Counted from the first letter of the stretch, positions 28,560-42,020 are shown. The stretch is 64,000 nt of DNA from Paraspadella gotoi (GCA_051294375.1 CM119269.1:21794434-21858433); one strand, 5' to 3'. Made by a program: numbers and translations. Notes: generated by a model from the sequence alone, not told the origin.

Positions 28560-28990
28560 GAAGAGAGAATCAAAACAACGAAAAGAGAGTATAGTACATA
28601 AAATCTTAATGTAAATAATTACTAAATAATAGAAGAGATGCGCTAAAGTTGCGGACGTATTACAGGGGACCTGGACACTCACGATACGCACTCACTGGAA
28701 GATACGAGCGTTGTGATATCAAGCACGTGTACTGTGATTGCAAAGTGACCAGTGATGCGTAATATGGAGCGTGCTGTCTGCCTACTGACTGGCTACAATA
28801 TGCAAATGAGATTGAGAAGCCAAAAATAAGTGATCACCGCCACCCGATCGTCTTATGATACACGTCGTTTGTGACGATGCGCTGCGAACGGTGAAGTTTT
28901 ATGTGAGTTGCTGTGAGAGTGAACGAAACAGTGATGTGAATGATGGCTCGTCAAAAGAGGATACTCGAGTATGAAAGATAAAGTCTCAGT
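28560..28990 (+). repeat. Unclassified dispersed repeat X with sharp terminus ...GAAAGATAAAGTCTCAGT; inverted copy 40959-41275
   Basis: 28790-28990 matches the reverse complement of 40959-41165, and 28570-28632 matches the reverse complement of ~41213-41273. Confidence 0.8.
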
Positions 28991-29262
28991 CGACAAGGAA
29001 CAATCGTTTTATTGTGATTGGTTGAGGACTCCGTGATTGGTTGAGAAGGACTCCGTGATTGGTTGAGGAGGACTCCGTGATTGGTTGAGGAGCACTCCGT
29101 TCCGACCAATCAACGGACGATCTTCCGGGTGTCACGAATGTGTTGGGGTTTCTATGCCCCAGCAGTCGGATCCTAAAAGCACAAACTTTACCCAAGAAAG
29201 AGAAAAGCTAAGGGATCGAACCCACGACCTGTCGTCATCGGTGGAGCATTAGTTTAGCGGGG
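28991..29262 (-). mobile_element. tRNA-head SINE-like element with a 22-bp CCAAT-containing tandem array (second copy 30346-30630)
   Basis: Minus-strand GGTTCGATCCC B box (29212-29222). Units GTGATTGGTTGAGGAGGACTCC at 29014, 29033, 29055, 29077. Confidence 0.6.
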
Positions 29263-30145
29263 ATTTGTTTAAAGGACCCAAAAGGAGAGGCGGTTTTGTT
29301 CCCCTTCCGTCAGAAGGAGCAATTTCCAGAACGGCCTTGTTCTTTTTTCATCTTTCTTGCTCGATGTCTTCCAATGAACATCAACAAGAAAATATCGCCA
29401 TATCTTCACGTCCGCCCTTTCCAAACTGCGAGAGGCTCACGACGCTAAGAGCTTCTCTCACGTCAATGAGGCTTTTTTTTTCACGTCGGCAAAAAAAAAA
29501 AACCATTTCCGCCTTTTCACGCGAAACGACGTGTGATGGACGTCGCCGACTCTGTGAAAGTCTGTGAAACTCAGGGGCGAGCGTGTGTGAGATCGTAGTA
29601 GTAGTAGACACCGTGACAAAAAAAGAGGAAATCATGAATTATGGAGGAAAGGAAAATACGAAGCAGATGGACTCAATGCAAATTCATTGCAGGTTGTCAT
29701 TGCTGCCTTTTGAAATCCTTAACAGAATCACCGAGGCCAATGAAAGGTGGCCTTATTTGTTGAGTGTGACTCGGTAAGTGACTGAATGTCGGGTTAAAAA
29801 AGCAAAGAAAACATAAAAGGAACTAAATCGTGCGAAGCAGATAGGTTGTGTTTTCTTGGTTTTTTAGACAAAGGAAAAGCAATGATTGCTTATCGATTTA
29901 GACAAAGGTAAGCAATGATTTCTTATCGGTTTACGATCTACGATCACGCCCTAAAGGCGACAAAACACAGATACCCCGATAAGCGCAGGAGCAGCGGAGA
30001 GCAGCGGAGCAGCAAAATACGCGTCAGCTAGTTGTGAGCTGATAGTCGAGCCGAACAATCGTGGAGCGCCGATTGCGGATGAGAGAGAGAGAGCGAGAGG
30101 CCAATTATTCTACCGCAACAAAGATATACTATGCGGCCGTCAAAA

Positions 30146-30242
<97 letters not shown>

Positions 30243-31509
30243 GCCGAGAGGGGAGAACCGCGCTCCGAACAATTTTTCGATAATTTGCATAAAATGATAA
30301 ACAGATTGAAGTAAAAGCAANNNNNNNNNNNNNNNNNNNNNNNNNCGACAAGGAAACAATCGTTTTATTGGGTGGTGGGTGATTGTTGAGACTCCGTGAT
30401 TGGTTGAGAAGGACTCCGTGATTGGTTGAGGAGGACTCCGTGATTGGTTGAGGAGCACTCCGTTCCGACCAATCAACGGACGGATCTTCCGGGGTGTCAC
30501 CGACATGTGTTGGGGTTTCTATGCCCAGCAGTCGGATCCTAAAGCACAAACTTTACCCAAGAAAGAGAAAAGCTAAGGGGATCGAACCCACGACCTGTCG
30601 TCCATCGGTGGAGCATTAGTTTAGCGGGGATTTGTTTAAAGGACCCAAAAGGAGAGGCGGTTTTGTTCCCCTTCCGTCAGAAGGAGCAATTTCCAGAACG
30701 GCCTTGTTCTTTTTTCATCTTTCTTGCTCGATGTCTTCCAATGAACATCAACAAGAAAATATCGCCATATCTTCACGTCCGCCCTTTCCAAACTGCGAGA
30801 GGCTCACGACGCTAAGAGCTTCTCTCACGTCAATGAGCTTTTTTTTTCACGTCGGCAAAAAAAAAAAACCATTTCCGCCTTTTCACGCGAAACGACGTGT
30901 GATGGACGGCGCGACTCTGTGAAAGTCTGTGAAACTCAGGGGCGAGCGTGTGTGAGATCGTAGTAGTAGTAGACACCGTGACAAAAAAAGAGGAAATCAT
31001 GAATTATGGAGGAAAGGAAAATACGAAGCAGATGGACTCAATGCAAATTCATTGCAGGTTGTCATTGCTGCCTTTGAAATCCTTAACAGAATCACCGAGG
31101 CCAATGAAAGGTGGCCTTATGTTGAGTGTGACTCCGGGTAAGTGACTGAATGTCGGGTTAAAAAAGCAAAGAAAACATAAAAGGAACTAAATCGTGCGAG
31201 CAGATAGGTTGTTTTCTTGGTTTTTTAGACAAAGGAAACAATGATTGCTTATCGATTTAGACAAAGGTAAGCAAATGATTTTCTTATCGGTTTACGATCT
31301 ACGATCACGCCCTAAAGCGGACAAAACACAGATACCCCGATAAGCGCAGGAGCAGCGGAGCAGCGGAGCAGCAAAATACGCGTCAGCTTTCCGAGCTGGA
31401 CAATCTAATTTTCGCGAACAATCGTGGAGCGCCGATTGCTGAGAGAGAGAGAGAGGAGCGAGAGGCCAATTATTCTACGCAACAAAGATATACTATGCGG
31501 CCGTCAAAA

Positions 31510-31607
<98 letters not shown>

Positions 31608-31676
31608 CGAGAGGGAGAACCGCGCTCGAACAATTTTTCGATAATTTGCATAAAATGATAAACAGATTGAGTAAGC
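28991..31676 (+). repeat. Two ~1.33-kb tandem copies (28991-30320, 30346-31676) separated by a 25-N gap
   Basis: Both start cgacaaggaa(a)caatcg and end gataaacagattga; their ORFs (29265 and 30632) translate near-identically. Confidence 0.93.
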
Positions 31677-31677
31677 A

Positions 31678-32698
31678 AAAAAAAAAAAAAAAATCCCGCC
31701 TTTTTTAAAACTCTTTTAAGCTTCGGACCGACATTTTTTTGTTTTTCGCCTTTCTCTTCCTTTTATGCTTAGAGTAAACAAACAAAATGGCGGCGACAGA
31801 TTTGCGAGCGAGAATAAAGAGATGGCAGCACCGGGCACGCGTCGCTGTGGGCTAGAGGGGGAGGGAGAGAGGGAAAGAGAGAGAGAGGGAGTGGGAGGGA
31901 TAGAGAGAGAGAGAGAGGGAGGAGAGCGGACAGAGATATATTTAAAGAGGGGGAGAGAGTGAGAGGGGAGAGAGTGCGAGAATGAGAGAGAGAGACTGAG
32001 AAAGAGGGATAGAGATAGAGAGAGAAGGGAAAAAAGAAGTGACAATAATATATATTTATAATAGAGGAGTGAAAGACGATGCCGCGATCATTCACGTCCG
32101 TTGCACACAAGGTCCCGAACTTCGGATGGGCTGTAGTCCGTCACTACAGGTGGGTTAGACGCCCCGTCCCGCTTTTACTTGTGGAATCAGCAGGGAGCGA
32201 AACCCGAGTGCTTTGTTTGGGAGTAGCTCGTGCACCTCCGGGCCATAGGTGCTGCTGATTCTCGGACGAGTAGCGGGTATGAAATACTACCGCTACAAGT
32301 TTCCGTTTTCTACAGATTCTTATGTCGTTGACGTTTAAATTCGTTTAGTAATTAAAATAATAATTAAAATAATAACTAAACTAATTAAATTCAATGTCGA
32401 TGTCACACTTGACGCCGTATTAAGCGCCACGGCTCGTGACACGTCTCGTCGACCACGTGACACGGTCACCATCATAATTAAAAGAAAAAGAGAAGACGAT
32501 GCCTATTCTATGGACGACCGACTTTTTATATTTCATCTTTATTCTTCTGAAGAAACGAAAGCGACGTCATGATGTCATCATTTTTAAATAAAAGTGAGAT
32601 GACATTACATGACATACTCATTTAAAAAAAAATTTGCGATTAGATTTTCATGAAATAATAATTACTCGCTTCGTCCAGCTCTCTATCTCTCTCTCTAT

Positions 32699-32729
<31 letters not shown>

Positions 32730-32737
32730 CTTCTCTC

Positions 32738-32799
<62 letters not shown>

Positions 32800-32890
32800 T
32801 CTCTCTCTCCTATTTTTCCCATTTTTTTCTGCCTCAGGTCAACGACGGATTTATGCATTGGATCTTCCGCCTCATGGCCGATTGTTGTCT

Positions 32891-32946
<56 letters not shown>

Positions 32947-33642
32947 TATTCCGCATTCCATCTTCTTCAATTTTGGCGGCGACGATGCCAACTTGTTTGC
33001 TTGGCGTGGCGAATGGCGTGTTTTTGCTTGGCGTTGGCGTTCGAGTGGCGTCGTTTGCTTGGCGTTGGCGTTCGAGTGACGTTGTTTTTTTGGCGTTGGC
33101 GTCGGTTGGCGTTGTTTAATTTCTGATGTTTTGCGTCATTTTCTGGCGGAGATTTATTTTCCCCGAGGAATTCTTTTCCCGCCATCGACTTCATAACAAA
33201 ACAAGGAAAACGAAACGAGGACGAAAATAAAACAAAGACGAAAATAAAACAAAGACGAAAATGAGAGGACGACGAAAAGTAAAATAAAGAGGAAAATAAA
33301 ACAAGGACAGAAACGGCGACCAGAAAATATGACGAACCAAAGAAACAAAATAATTTGGTTGAATGTTTTAATTTCTTCATTTAAATATCGATTGATGTCA
33401 TTTGATAAACGAGTAACGATAAATTCGCCCTCTACAAAAGTCTGTGCGTTCGAATCCCGAACTCAATTTTTTAAGCCTAAAATAGAAAGAAAAGAAATAT
33501 CTAGAAAAAAAAAAAAAAAAAAGAAAAAATGAGATAAAACGAGAAGAAAATATTTTTTATTGACTTTTCTTCCCAAAATATTTTGTGCTCTAAATATCTT
33601 CTGAGTTTTCTTCTCTCTCTCTCTCTTCCTTCTCTCTCTCTA

Positions 33643-33712
<70 letters not shown>

Positions 33713-36700
33713 ACTCTTGTATTTTCTCACAATTTCATGTCGCACCAGATGGTCGCTTCGCATTTGCGTCAAATTTCGGTGACGAACGAGAGACGAAGTG
33801 AGCGGAAGTGAGCGGCAGAGAGCAACGGCGCCAAAAAGCGGCGTCGAAAGTGAGAGGCGCCGATTTAAGGAAAAAAGCGCGTCGATGTAAGTGGCATCGC
33901 GATTGATAGGAATAAAAAGATAATGTAGATAAACAGAGGATTAATGGATGGAAAGGTAAATAGACAGATGAATTGACTGTTGGATAGAAATATATTTAGA
34001 TACATAAGTAAATTGACTATTAGACAAATATAGATAAACTTATGAAACAATTGTGTTAAATTTTATTAAAAAATTTTAAATAATTTGAAATAAATAAATT
34101 AAGAGTAGTTTTACACAGACTAACAGATAAATAATATTTAACATAAATATGTAAGTAAATAAGTAGATTGAATTATGAATATTAATATTAATATTAATAT
34201 TATATATAAATAAGTATAACAGATAAACATAGCCTATGCTATCTAGCAGAGATAGCTAGACAACTTTTTTCCTTCCCCAAAAAAGGAGGAAATATTTTAT
34301 GATTTCCGATTTCATTGTTGTTGTCGTCGTCGTCGTCGTTTGTTTGTTAGTCGTCGGATAATTTGGAAAAAAGGCCGTGACATCGCCCGGCCCGATTTTT
34401 TCGCGTCTCGACCGACAAGTGATAGGGAAACCAAATGAATATTTATTTCTCCCATATTTTTACCCATTTTTTTTTCTTTCGGCGGCGACGAAATTCTAGA
34501 CGAATTTTTTTTTCCGGTCGGTCAGTCGCTCTATTTTTTTTATTACTAACATTAACTAGTAGAATAGTTTAAAACTTATTAAATTTCGAAGATCACAGCA
34601 GATATCACTGGAAAAAAAAACTTTTTATACGTGAATACGTTACGTTAATGTTTTTTAAACTTTTAGAAACTATTAATTTTTTTTCTCTAAGCCGAGACTG
34701 ATGGGAGCAATAACCTTTTTCTCGTTTCTCATCTTTTTCCACTTTTTTTCTCCAATTTCAAAGTGGTTCTTGTTTCTTGATCTTTTTCTTTCTTTCACAC
34801 GTTGTACATCAAGAAAAAAAAAAGAAAGAAAGCTAAAATAAAAAATGTTTATAAAAAGAAATAGAAGAGAAAGAAGAAAAAAAGAAATAAAGAAGTTAAT
34901 GCGTCTTTCGATATTTTTGTGTCTCTTTCTCTTCAGCCATGAATATTTGTTGTCCTTCTCGTCATTTTGCGTTTTTTTTTTTTGGGCGGCGGCCATTTTA
35001 TTTTTTGGAAAACCATAACTCGAGAAAAGAAAGTACCAATGATTGTCGCGGTTACTTTCCAGCTATTTTTCGGCATTTTAATGTAAGAATCATAAAATAA
35101 AACTTACATATCGAAAAATTTTGGTCTTTGTGATTCATATGAGGTGCTCATTTATGTACGACAAAAATACAAGAGTTCCATGCAAAAGAAAATGAGTTGT
35201 CCAAAAAAATTCTTCCTTCTTTTTTGATATTTATCGTATCTACATCATTCATTTATTCTAATTTCCAGTTCTTTTTTATTACTTTTTGAGTTAACCAATA
35301 CTATTAAAAATCCCTGCCTTTTCTCAGTCTCATGTCAAATGGTTATTGCATCATCTCCATTAGGATAGATTCAGGGATGAATCTTTAATTTCATATGTCA
35401 AAAAATAGCGGCATTAAAAATACATATACTGAAATGCTCCAGAATATTCTTTTTATATTGTAAAATGTAAAGTATAAATAAAAGTTATAATGCTCCGGGT
35501 AACCTTTCTATGAGCAAAGTTATATTTTTATTTACCTCTGGATCTATTATCTGAACCAAATATCAAACAAGTACAAAAAAAGAAAAAAAGAAGATTTTGT
35601 TGAAATGAGAGACAATGCATCATCACATTATGCAACAACAACTCAAGCCTGGTTTTACTTTATAGGGGACCAATCTTTTTCACTGCTTGCTAAAGACCAC
35701 TTTTCTATCCTAATGTAATAAAAAATTGTCAGAATATAATATTTAGTAATTTATGTGTAGTCTCTTGATCAAAAAAGGTGAAAACAGTTGGAGGACACCT
35801 CTTTTGGAAGTATTTGAATGCATTAAATAATTTTATGCTGTTGAAAAATAATCTTTTATTGAGTCCTAGGGAGGTCATATTACTTATTAAAACCTATTTA
35901 CCGACCAAAAAATGTATTTGACAATGAAATTAACCGACTTTTCCAAACGCGACAATTTTTTCCTATCATGGTAAAAATCAATGAATGGGTTTGACAATGA
36001 TTTTCTATCATTTTGATATCATCATGTCTAACGTTAGATTAAAACTTGTTTGATGATTTATATGAATTGATACAACTAATATTAAATTATTCGTCATTTA
36101 ATAATATGCTATCTTTGCCCTGACTATTAAGGCGGGCAAAATGACCACTTTTTATTATTAAGAGTTCTGTAATATAAAATTTATTTTGTCTATCATATAC
36201 TTAATCAATATTTTTTATCACCTTTTTAACGAGTGAAGCAAAAGTATAACATTGAAGCATTTAAATATTTATCAATGCATGACATTGAAACATTTTTTTT
36301 ATAAAAAAATTAGTTTTTAAGAATGGATTCAGATAGCCCATAAAAAATTGTCTAAACAAAGTAATAATGGCGTTTTCAATAATTCGATGATAATGGGTCA
36401 AATAATAAAAAAACTCATCGTACCATAATTTTTTATGTTTCTTCTAATTTTACCAATAAAACATAAAATTAGGAAACCTTGTAGTAATATTTGTTATTTA
36501 TTTTTCAAGCTCTCCGAATCCGTTTTTAAAAATTCTTATTTAAAAAAAGAAAATCTGATTATAGTAATACGATAAGCTTAAATGCTTTTATGAAATTGGT
36601 ACAAACAATGTTATTAACTATACAAAAAAATTAAATTTTTTTAAAAATTTCGTCATCCCACAGAAGATTGCTCTAACGTATTTATATTACAGAACTCTTA

Positions 36701-38366
36701 GTTTTACTTGTTCCACCTTAATAGATAGTTAACGCCTTGGGGACCAGCTACAAGATCTCTCGTCTACTTAAAAAGATTATATTTCTTAAATAAGATTTTT
36801 CCATTGCTCAATGGAGAGTTTCTTTTCCTTTATTTTGTTATTTGTACTCTGACCGGTAGAGAGAGAATGGGGGGTCAGAGTGATAGACGATCGGAAGAGC
36901 GAGGATGTGAATGGGTTCTTTGCTTGCATAAAAAAAAAAAAAAAAGGCGCTGGCAAGGCCGCGATCCAAAACGGGGCGGGGATCAAAGATAAAACGAGAA
37001 AAAATTTTTGCATTCCAAATTAGATTGAGGCGGTCTTGTCCCTCAAAGCGGAATTTAGAAGCGGAAATGGGAAGCGGAAATCGGGAGCGGAAATCGGGGC
37101 GAAGGAGACTAAATCGACCCATCGAAAAAATGGAAACAAAAAGGCAACGTTGTCGTTTTTATCGTCGTTCGTTTTCCGTGTGTTTTCGTCGTCGTTTTTC
37201 GTCGTCGTTTCGTCGTCGGTCTTCTTCATCGTTTTTTTCAGTTGTCGTTTTTCGTGTCGTTTTCGGGTCGTCGTCGCGGTTTTTAAGTCGCTTTTTAAAT
37301 TCGGTTAAAAATGAAGCTTTAGTTTATGGTAACAATTTATAAAAACCATGATAAAAATTAATCCATTAATCTCCTTTACAACAAAGAAAATTCAAACACT
37401 ACAGTTATCAATTATTTTTGGTTACAAGTAGTTTAACCTGTCTTTATTTATTTCTCCATATGATTTTGAATAAATTATAACATTATAGTTTGAAATGAAT
37501 TAAAATAGAAGTTGACAAAAGAATAAACAGTTTAAGAATAATTGCCTCAAAGAAATGAAATGTATCGTTGATTTATTTTAAACTAAACATAGATTTTTAT
37601 CGCCTCCATAAGATCATCTTTTTTTTTCCTCTTTTCCTACTGTTTCTGCTTTCCTTTTTTTCTTTCCCTCTCCTTTCTTTTCTCTACTTTTCTTTTTTTC
37701 AACTTTTCCTTCTCCTTTCTTCTTTTATCTCTCTTTTTCCTTCTTTTGTGACTTTCCTTTTCCCATTCTCATGTCGTTTTTTCTACTTTTTTCCCCTCGT
37801 TTTATTCTTTAACCTTTTTGATCTTTAATTTTTCTAGACTTTCTTTCATCTTTTCTTTTCTAATTCTTTCCGTTATTTTTCCCACCTCCTTTCTTTCTTT
37901 TTCACTTTTCCTTCTCTTCTCTGCGTCTCTTTTACTTCTTCCTTTTTTACGTCGGTTTAACTGACGTCTCTCTTGACTTAGTAAAATGAAAAGAAATTTA
38001 AAGGTCAGAGATTCAGTCTCATCGGGTCTGCGGGGGGGGGGGGGGGAGAAGAGGCCCGAGGGGTCGGAAGGGGTGAAGTTGAAAAGGAGAGGGGTGTTGA
38101 GTGCGAGGTCTGAATTGTTTTCCCAGTCTGTGCGTGTGTTTTTGTGCGTGGGAGGGGGTGGAGATTTAAGAGAAGAGAAAGAGAGAGAGAAAGAGAGAGA
38201 AGGAGAGAGATGAGAGGGGGATGAGAGAGAAGTGGAGAGAGAGAGAGAGAGAGAGTAAGAGGAGAGAGGAGAGACGAGAGAGAGAGATAGAAAGAAAAAG
38301 GGGATTTGATTTGAAGGAGAGATTGTAAAAGATTTATGGCGCTCCACCGTGGGAGAGAAAGAGAAT

Positions 38367-38398
<32 letters not shown>

Positions 38399-40464
38399 AG
38401 AGAGGAGAGAGACGTCGGAGAGAGAGAGGAGAGAGAGCGCTCCTTTTTGTCTCCTAATGGTAAAGGGGATTGAGAAAAAACGTAATTTTGGGACGTTGAT
38501 TAGCAGAACAACTTTCACTTTTAACTTTGTTATGAAAATGAAAACTAGAGAGGATGAAACACAAGGACAGGCAATGTATTTGTATTTATTCTTATGATTG
38601 GGGGATTTGAAACCTTTCATCGTCTTCTATATCCGTCCAAAAGTTAATTGGCAAGACGGCACTAAGTATTCGATAAAATAATTAATTTTATCGGAATATT
38701 TTTTAAAACAAATTTCCTGCTAGTAATTGCGGGGTAATGTTCGTTAAAATCCGATGGAACCGAATGTATCAATTGTTTTCTTTTTATTTAGCTGTTAGAA
38801 TCTAAATAAAGCTAATTATTATGTACTTTTTAATTTCTCATTAACACTTTAAAGTGTATTATTTTTAATGAGTGAAAATAAAAAAAAGAGCCAAAAACAA
38901 GAAAAAAAAGGGTGGTGCGTGACTTCCGGTGAGTGAGGCTTTTTTTTGAGTTGCGCCATCATAAAACGGAGTTGGAGGTCACCGGCGTGTAACTGCAAAC
39001 CCGCGGGGAGTTCAAAATTGCATGGAACAGACGGCAAATGTTTCACGGGGGAGAGAGAGGGGAGAGACGAGAGGAGGCAAGAGGGGGAGGGAGAGGGGTG
39101 AAAAAGGGGAGGGACTGGAAGTTAAGGAAAATAGGAAAAAGAGGCAAAATCAAGTGGCAGCGAAGAAAAGATGAGATGTGTAGAAGAGGAGATGAGGGGA
39201 AGATTAAAGAAAGGAGAAAAAAAAAAGAAAAAAAAAGGAAAGAAGTTGAAAAGTAAAGTTATAAAAAATCCAAATATGAAGACGGAAATAAAAGAAATAA
39301 ATATAAAATATAAAAAGATAATATAAGAGAAAGAATGAAAATAAAAATATAAAGAAAATATTAAACAAAATCCCTCATTCGATTATATGTAGGTTTTTAA
39401 CGGTTTGCAGATTAGATTATCAAAAAACAAGTTAATTAAAAACTGATTAATAAAAATAAATACATATAAAATAAAAAATAAATAAATAATTGTGGCAATT
39501 ATAAGTAATAAAATCTTTAAACTTAAAAAGTGAAACGATGTAAATTTTGCATTTTTATAAAAAATGAAAATCTTATAATAGAATATGAGATTAATAGAAT
39601 GAGTGAAGAAACGGAATGAAATAAAAAAGAAAAGAGAAAATAAAATAAGCAAAAGAGAAAAAAAGAAAATGAAGAAGGGAAAAGAGAAGAGAAAAGTGGA
39701 GCTGGAAAATGATGTGTCAACCAGTAAATGAGATGAAAGATGGAAAAAAGGAGGAAGCGAAATATGATGAGTCGATTCGAGATTAGAAGAAAAAAGGAAA
39801 GAAAAAGAAAGAAAAGGAAAGTAAAAAAGAAAGAAAAGGAAAGTAAAAAAAAAAAAAAGAAAAACAGGAAAAGAAAAAAAAAAAACTGTTTTAACTGATG
39901 AGTTGCGACAGCAAAAATGAACATTTTTTGGCCTTATTTACATTTTTCTTTTTTTCTTCTCTTCTGTTTTGTCTTTTTTCTTTTCTTATTTTTTTTTTCT
40001 TTCTTTCTCATTCTGTTTTTCTTTTTTCTCTTCTTTTCTTTTCTCTTTTCCATTCTTTTCTTTTTTCTTTCTTCCTTCCTTTCCTTTTCCATCTTTTTTT
40101 CCTTTTTTTCTTTTCTTTTCTTTCTTTTCCTTTTCTTTCTATTTCCTTCTCTTCTCCCTTCCTCTTTTTCTAACTTCATCTCCTCTGCTTCTTTGTGCTC
40201 CTCTGTCAAACTTGAGAAAGTCACTCTTTCTCTCCTTTATCACTCACTTCTTTACGGTTATTTCCTCTCGCTGCATTAAATATTTAAGCGAAAAAGCTTC
40301 ATCTAACTCTCTCTCCTCTCCTCTTTTCTCTCTTCTTCTCTCTCTCTCTCTTCCTCTCTCTTTCTCTCTCTCCTCTTCTCTCTCCTTCTCTCGTCACATC
40401 TCTTCTTCTCTCTCTCTCCTTCCTCTTCTCCTCTCTTCTTCTTCTCTCTCTTTCTCTTCTCTCT

Positions 40465-40506
<42 letters not shown>

Positions 40507-40958
40507 TCTCTCTCCTTAGTCTCTAAATCTTTACTTCAAACGCGTTCATTCTAATGTTCAGAAAATTGTTAATCGAAAAAACCTGTTTTATTAGTTGTTT
40601 TTCTTTCTGAACATCCTGTTTGGTTTAAATCATTAATACCCAATTTATTAATTTAACAAAATTTACTAATAAATAAATTTATGGAATCTTCTTTCTGAAT
40701 AACATGAAAAGATGTTCATATTAGCAGTAGTCGTTTTTTTCTCTTTACTTTATCTTCAAAACAGAGGCTTTTAAAAATCACGTTAGATTCACACTTCGCC
40801 TGAAAACGCAACGGAGAAGTTTGACTTCGCTCTTCGTTGTCTTTGTCATCGAGTTCAATCAACTCAGCCTGCTGTTTGTTGTCGTTTGTTGTCTTTGTCT
40901 TTTCGTCTGTAATCGTTGTCGTTTTTTGTCGTTTTGGTCGTCAATTCGTCTTCCTGGT
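31678..40958 (-). repeat. Continuous ~9.3-kb inverted copy of segments 23297-28555, 13995-15432 and 9300-11765, in colinear order
   Basis: By-eye reverse-complement matches throughout. This copy has no gaps, whereas the left-hand pieces start at 25-N gaps. Confidence 0.9.
36161..36698. mobile_element. MITE with 18-bp TIRs (AGAGTTCTGTAATATAAA) flanked by TA (Tc1/mariner-like TSD)
   Basis: ta|agagttctgtaatataaa at 36161 and tttatattacagaactct|ta ending at 36698. The same TIR appears at ~15404, ~15545 and ~23700. Confidence 0.72.
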
Positions 40959-41278
40959 ACTGAGACTTTATCTTTCATACTCGAGTTTATCCTCTTTTGA
41001 CGAGCCTATCATTCACATCACTGTTTCGTTCACTCTCACAGCAACATCACATAAAACTTCACCGTTCACGAGCGCATCGTCACAAACGACGTGTATCATA
41101 AGACGATCGGGTGGGCGTGATCACTTATTTTTGGTTTCTCAATCTCATTTGCATATTGTAGCAGTTTAGTTTATATCTCATATCTTCTTATTCGATTTCT
41201 AAGAGTTTTGGTCTATTATTTAGTAATTATTTAAATTAAGATTTATGTATATACTCTCTTTTCGTTGTTTTTGAGGTA

Positions 41279-41443
41279 TTAGGAGAAAAACAGTTTTTGT
41301 TTAACAACGATTTATTTGACACAGTTTAGTCAGACATGTTTCGGCTCTTTCACTTAGAGCCTTCATAAGTGAAAGAGCCGAAACATGTCTGACTAAACTG
41401 TGTCAAATAAATCGTTGTTAAACAAAAACTGTTTTTCTCCTAA
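41279..41443. mobile_element. Perfect 78-bp inverted repeat with 9-nt loop; Penelope-like pseudo-LTR remnant
   Basis: Arms 41279-41356 and 41366-41443 are exact reverse complements, with loop GAGCCTTCA. Each arm carries GAGCCGAAACATGTC followed by AATAAA. Confidence 0.75.
41333..41369 (-). ncRNA. Minimal type I hammerhead ribozyme-like motif (core G5 altered)
   Basis: Minus strand: CTTATGA-A-GGCTC-TAAGTGAAA-GAGCC-GAAAC-AT-GTC. Stem II is GGCTC/GAGCC and stem III is palindromic ACATGT, with a GUC site. CUUAUGA replaces the consensus CUGANGA. Confidence 0.6.
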
Positions 41444-41656
41444 ATTAAGATTTAATAATGATTTAGTTTTTCAAATAATTTGTAACACATTTAAAAGTAT
41501 ATTTTTAGCATTGGATGTGTCACACTCGGCGGTGAATCACGTGACTCTATGGTTCTGACGTCTGACGCTAGAAGACGACGAAGATGAGTGAACCATCAAA
41601 GTCACATAACTTTATTCGGAGGAGGAAATGTGAGGAGGCGTCACTGCTTGAGCGCG

Positions 41657-41955
41657 GGAAATGGTCTCCCTTCGTTTAAGGAGGAAAATGGCCTCTCTTC
41701 AATTAAGGAGGAAAATGGCCTCTCTTTAAAAAAGGGGGGGAAATGGCCTTTCTTCATTTAAGTAGGAAAATTGACTCTCTTTATTTCATGGGGAAAAATG
41801 GCCTCTATTTATTTAAGGGGAAAAATGGCCTCTCTTTATTCAAGTTGAAAAATTGCCACTCTTTATTTAAAGAGGAAAATGGCCTCTCTTTATTAAAGTT
41901 GGAAAATTGCTACTCTTTATTTATCTAATCACTTTGGGAAAAAATGGCCTCTTTT
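41657..41955 (+). repeat. 27-bp minisatellite (GAAAATGGCCTCTCTTTATTTAAGGAG), ~10 copies
   Basis: Recurring gaaaatggcctctc at ~27-bp spacing. Confidence 0.9.
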
Positions 41956-41958
41956 CGG

Positions 41959-42020
41959 CATGGCATCACTTCATGGCATCACTTCATGGCATCACTTCAT
42001 GGCATCACTTCATGGCATCA
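41959..42020 (+). repeat. 13-bp tandem repeat (CATGGCATCACTT) x ~4.8
   Basis: Perfect copies directly visible. Confidence 0.95.

Noticed and set aside
29265-31145. Duplicated 100-aa and 64-aa ORFs as a tandem gene pair
   Set aside because: Non-ATG starts, no domain signal, and the duplication straddles a 25-N gap (likely unmerged overlap).
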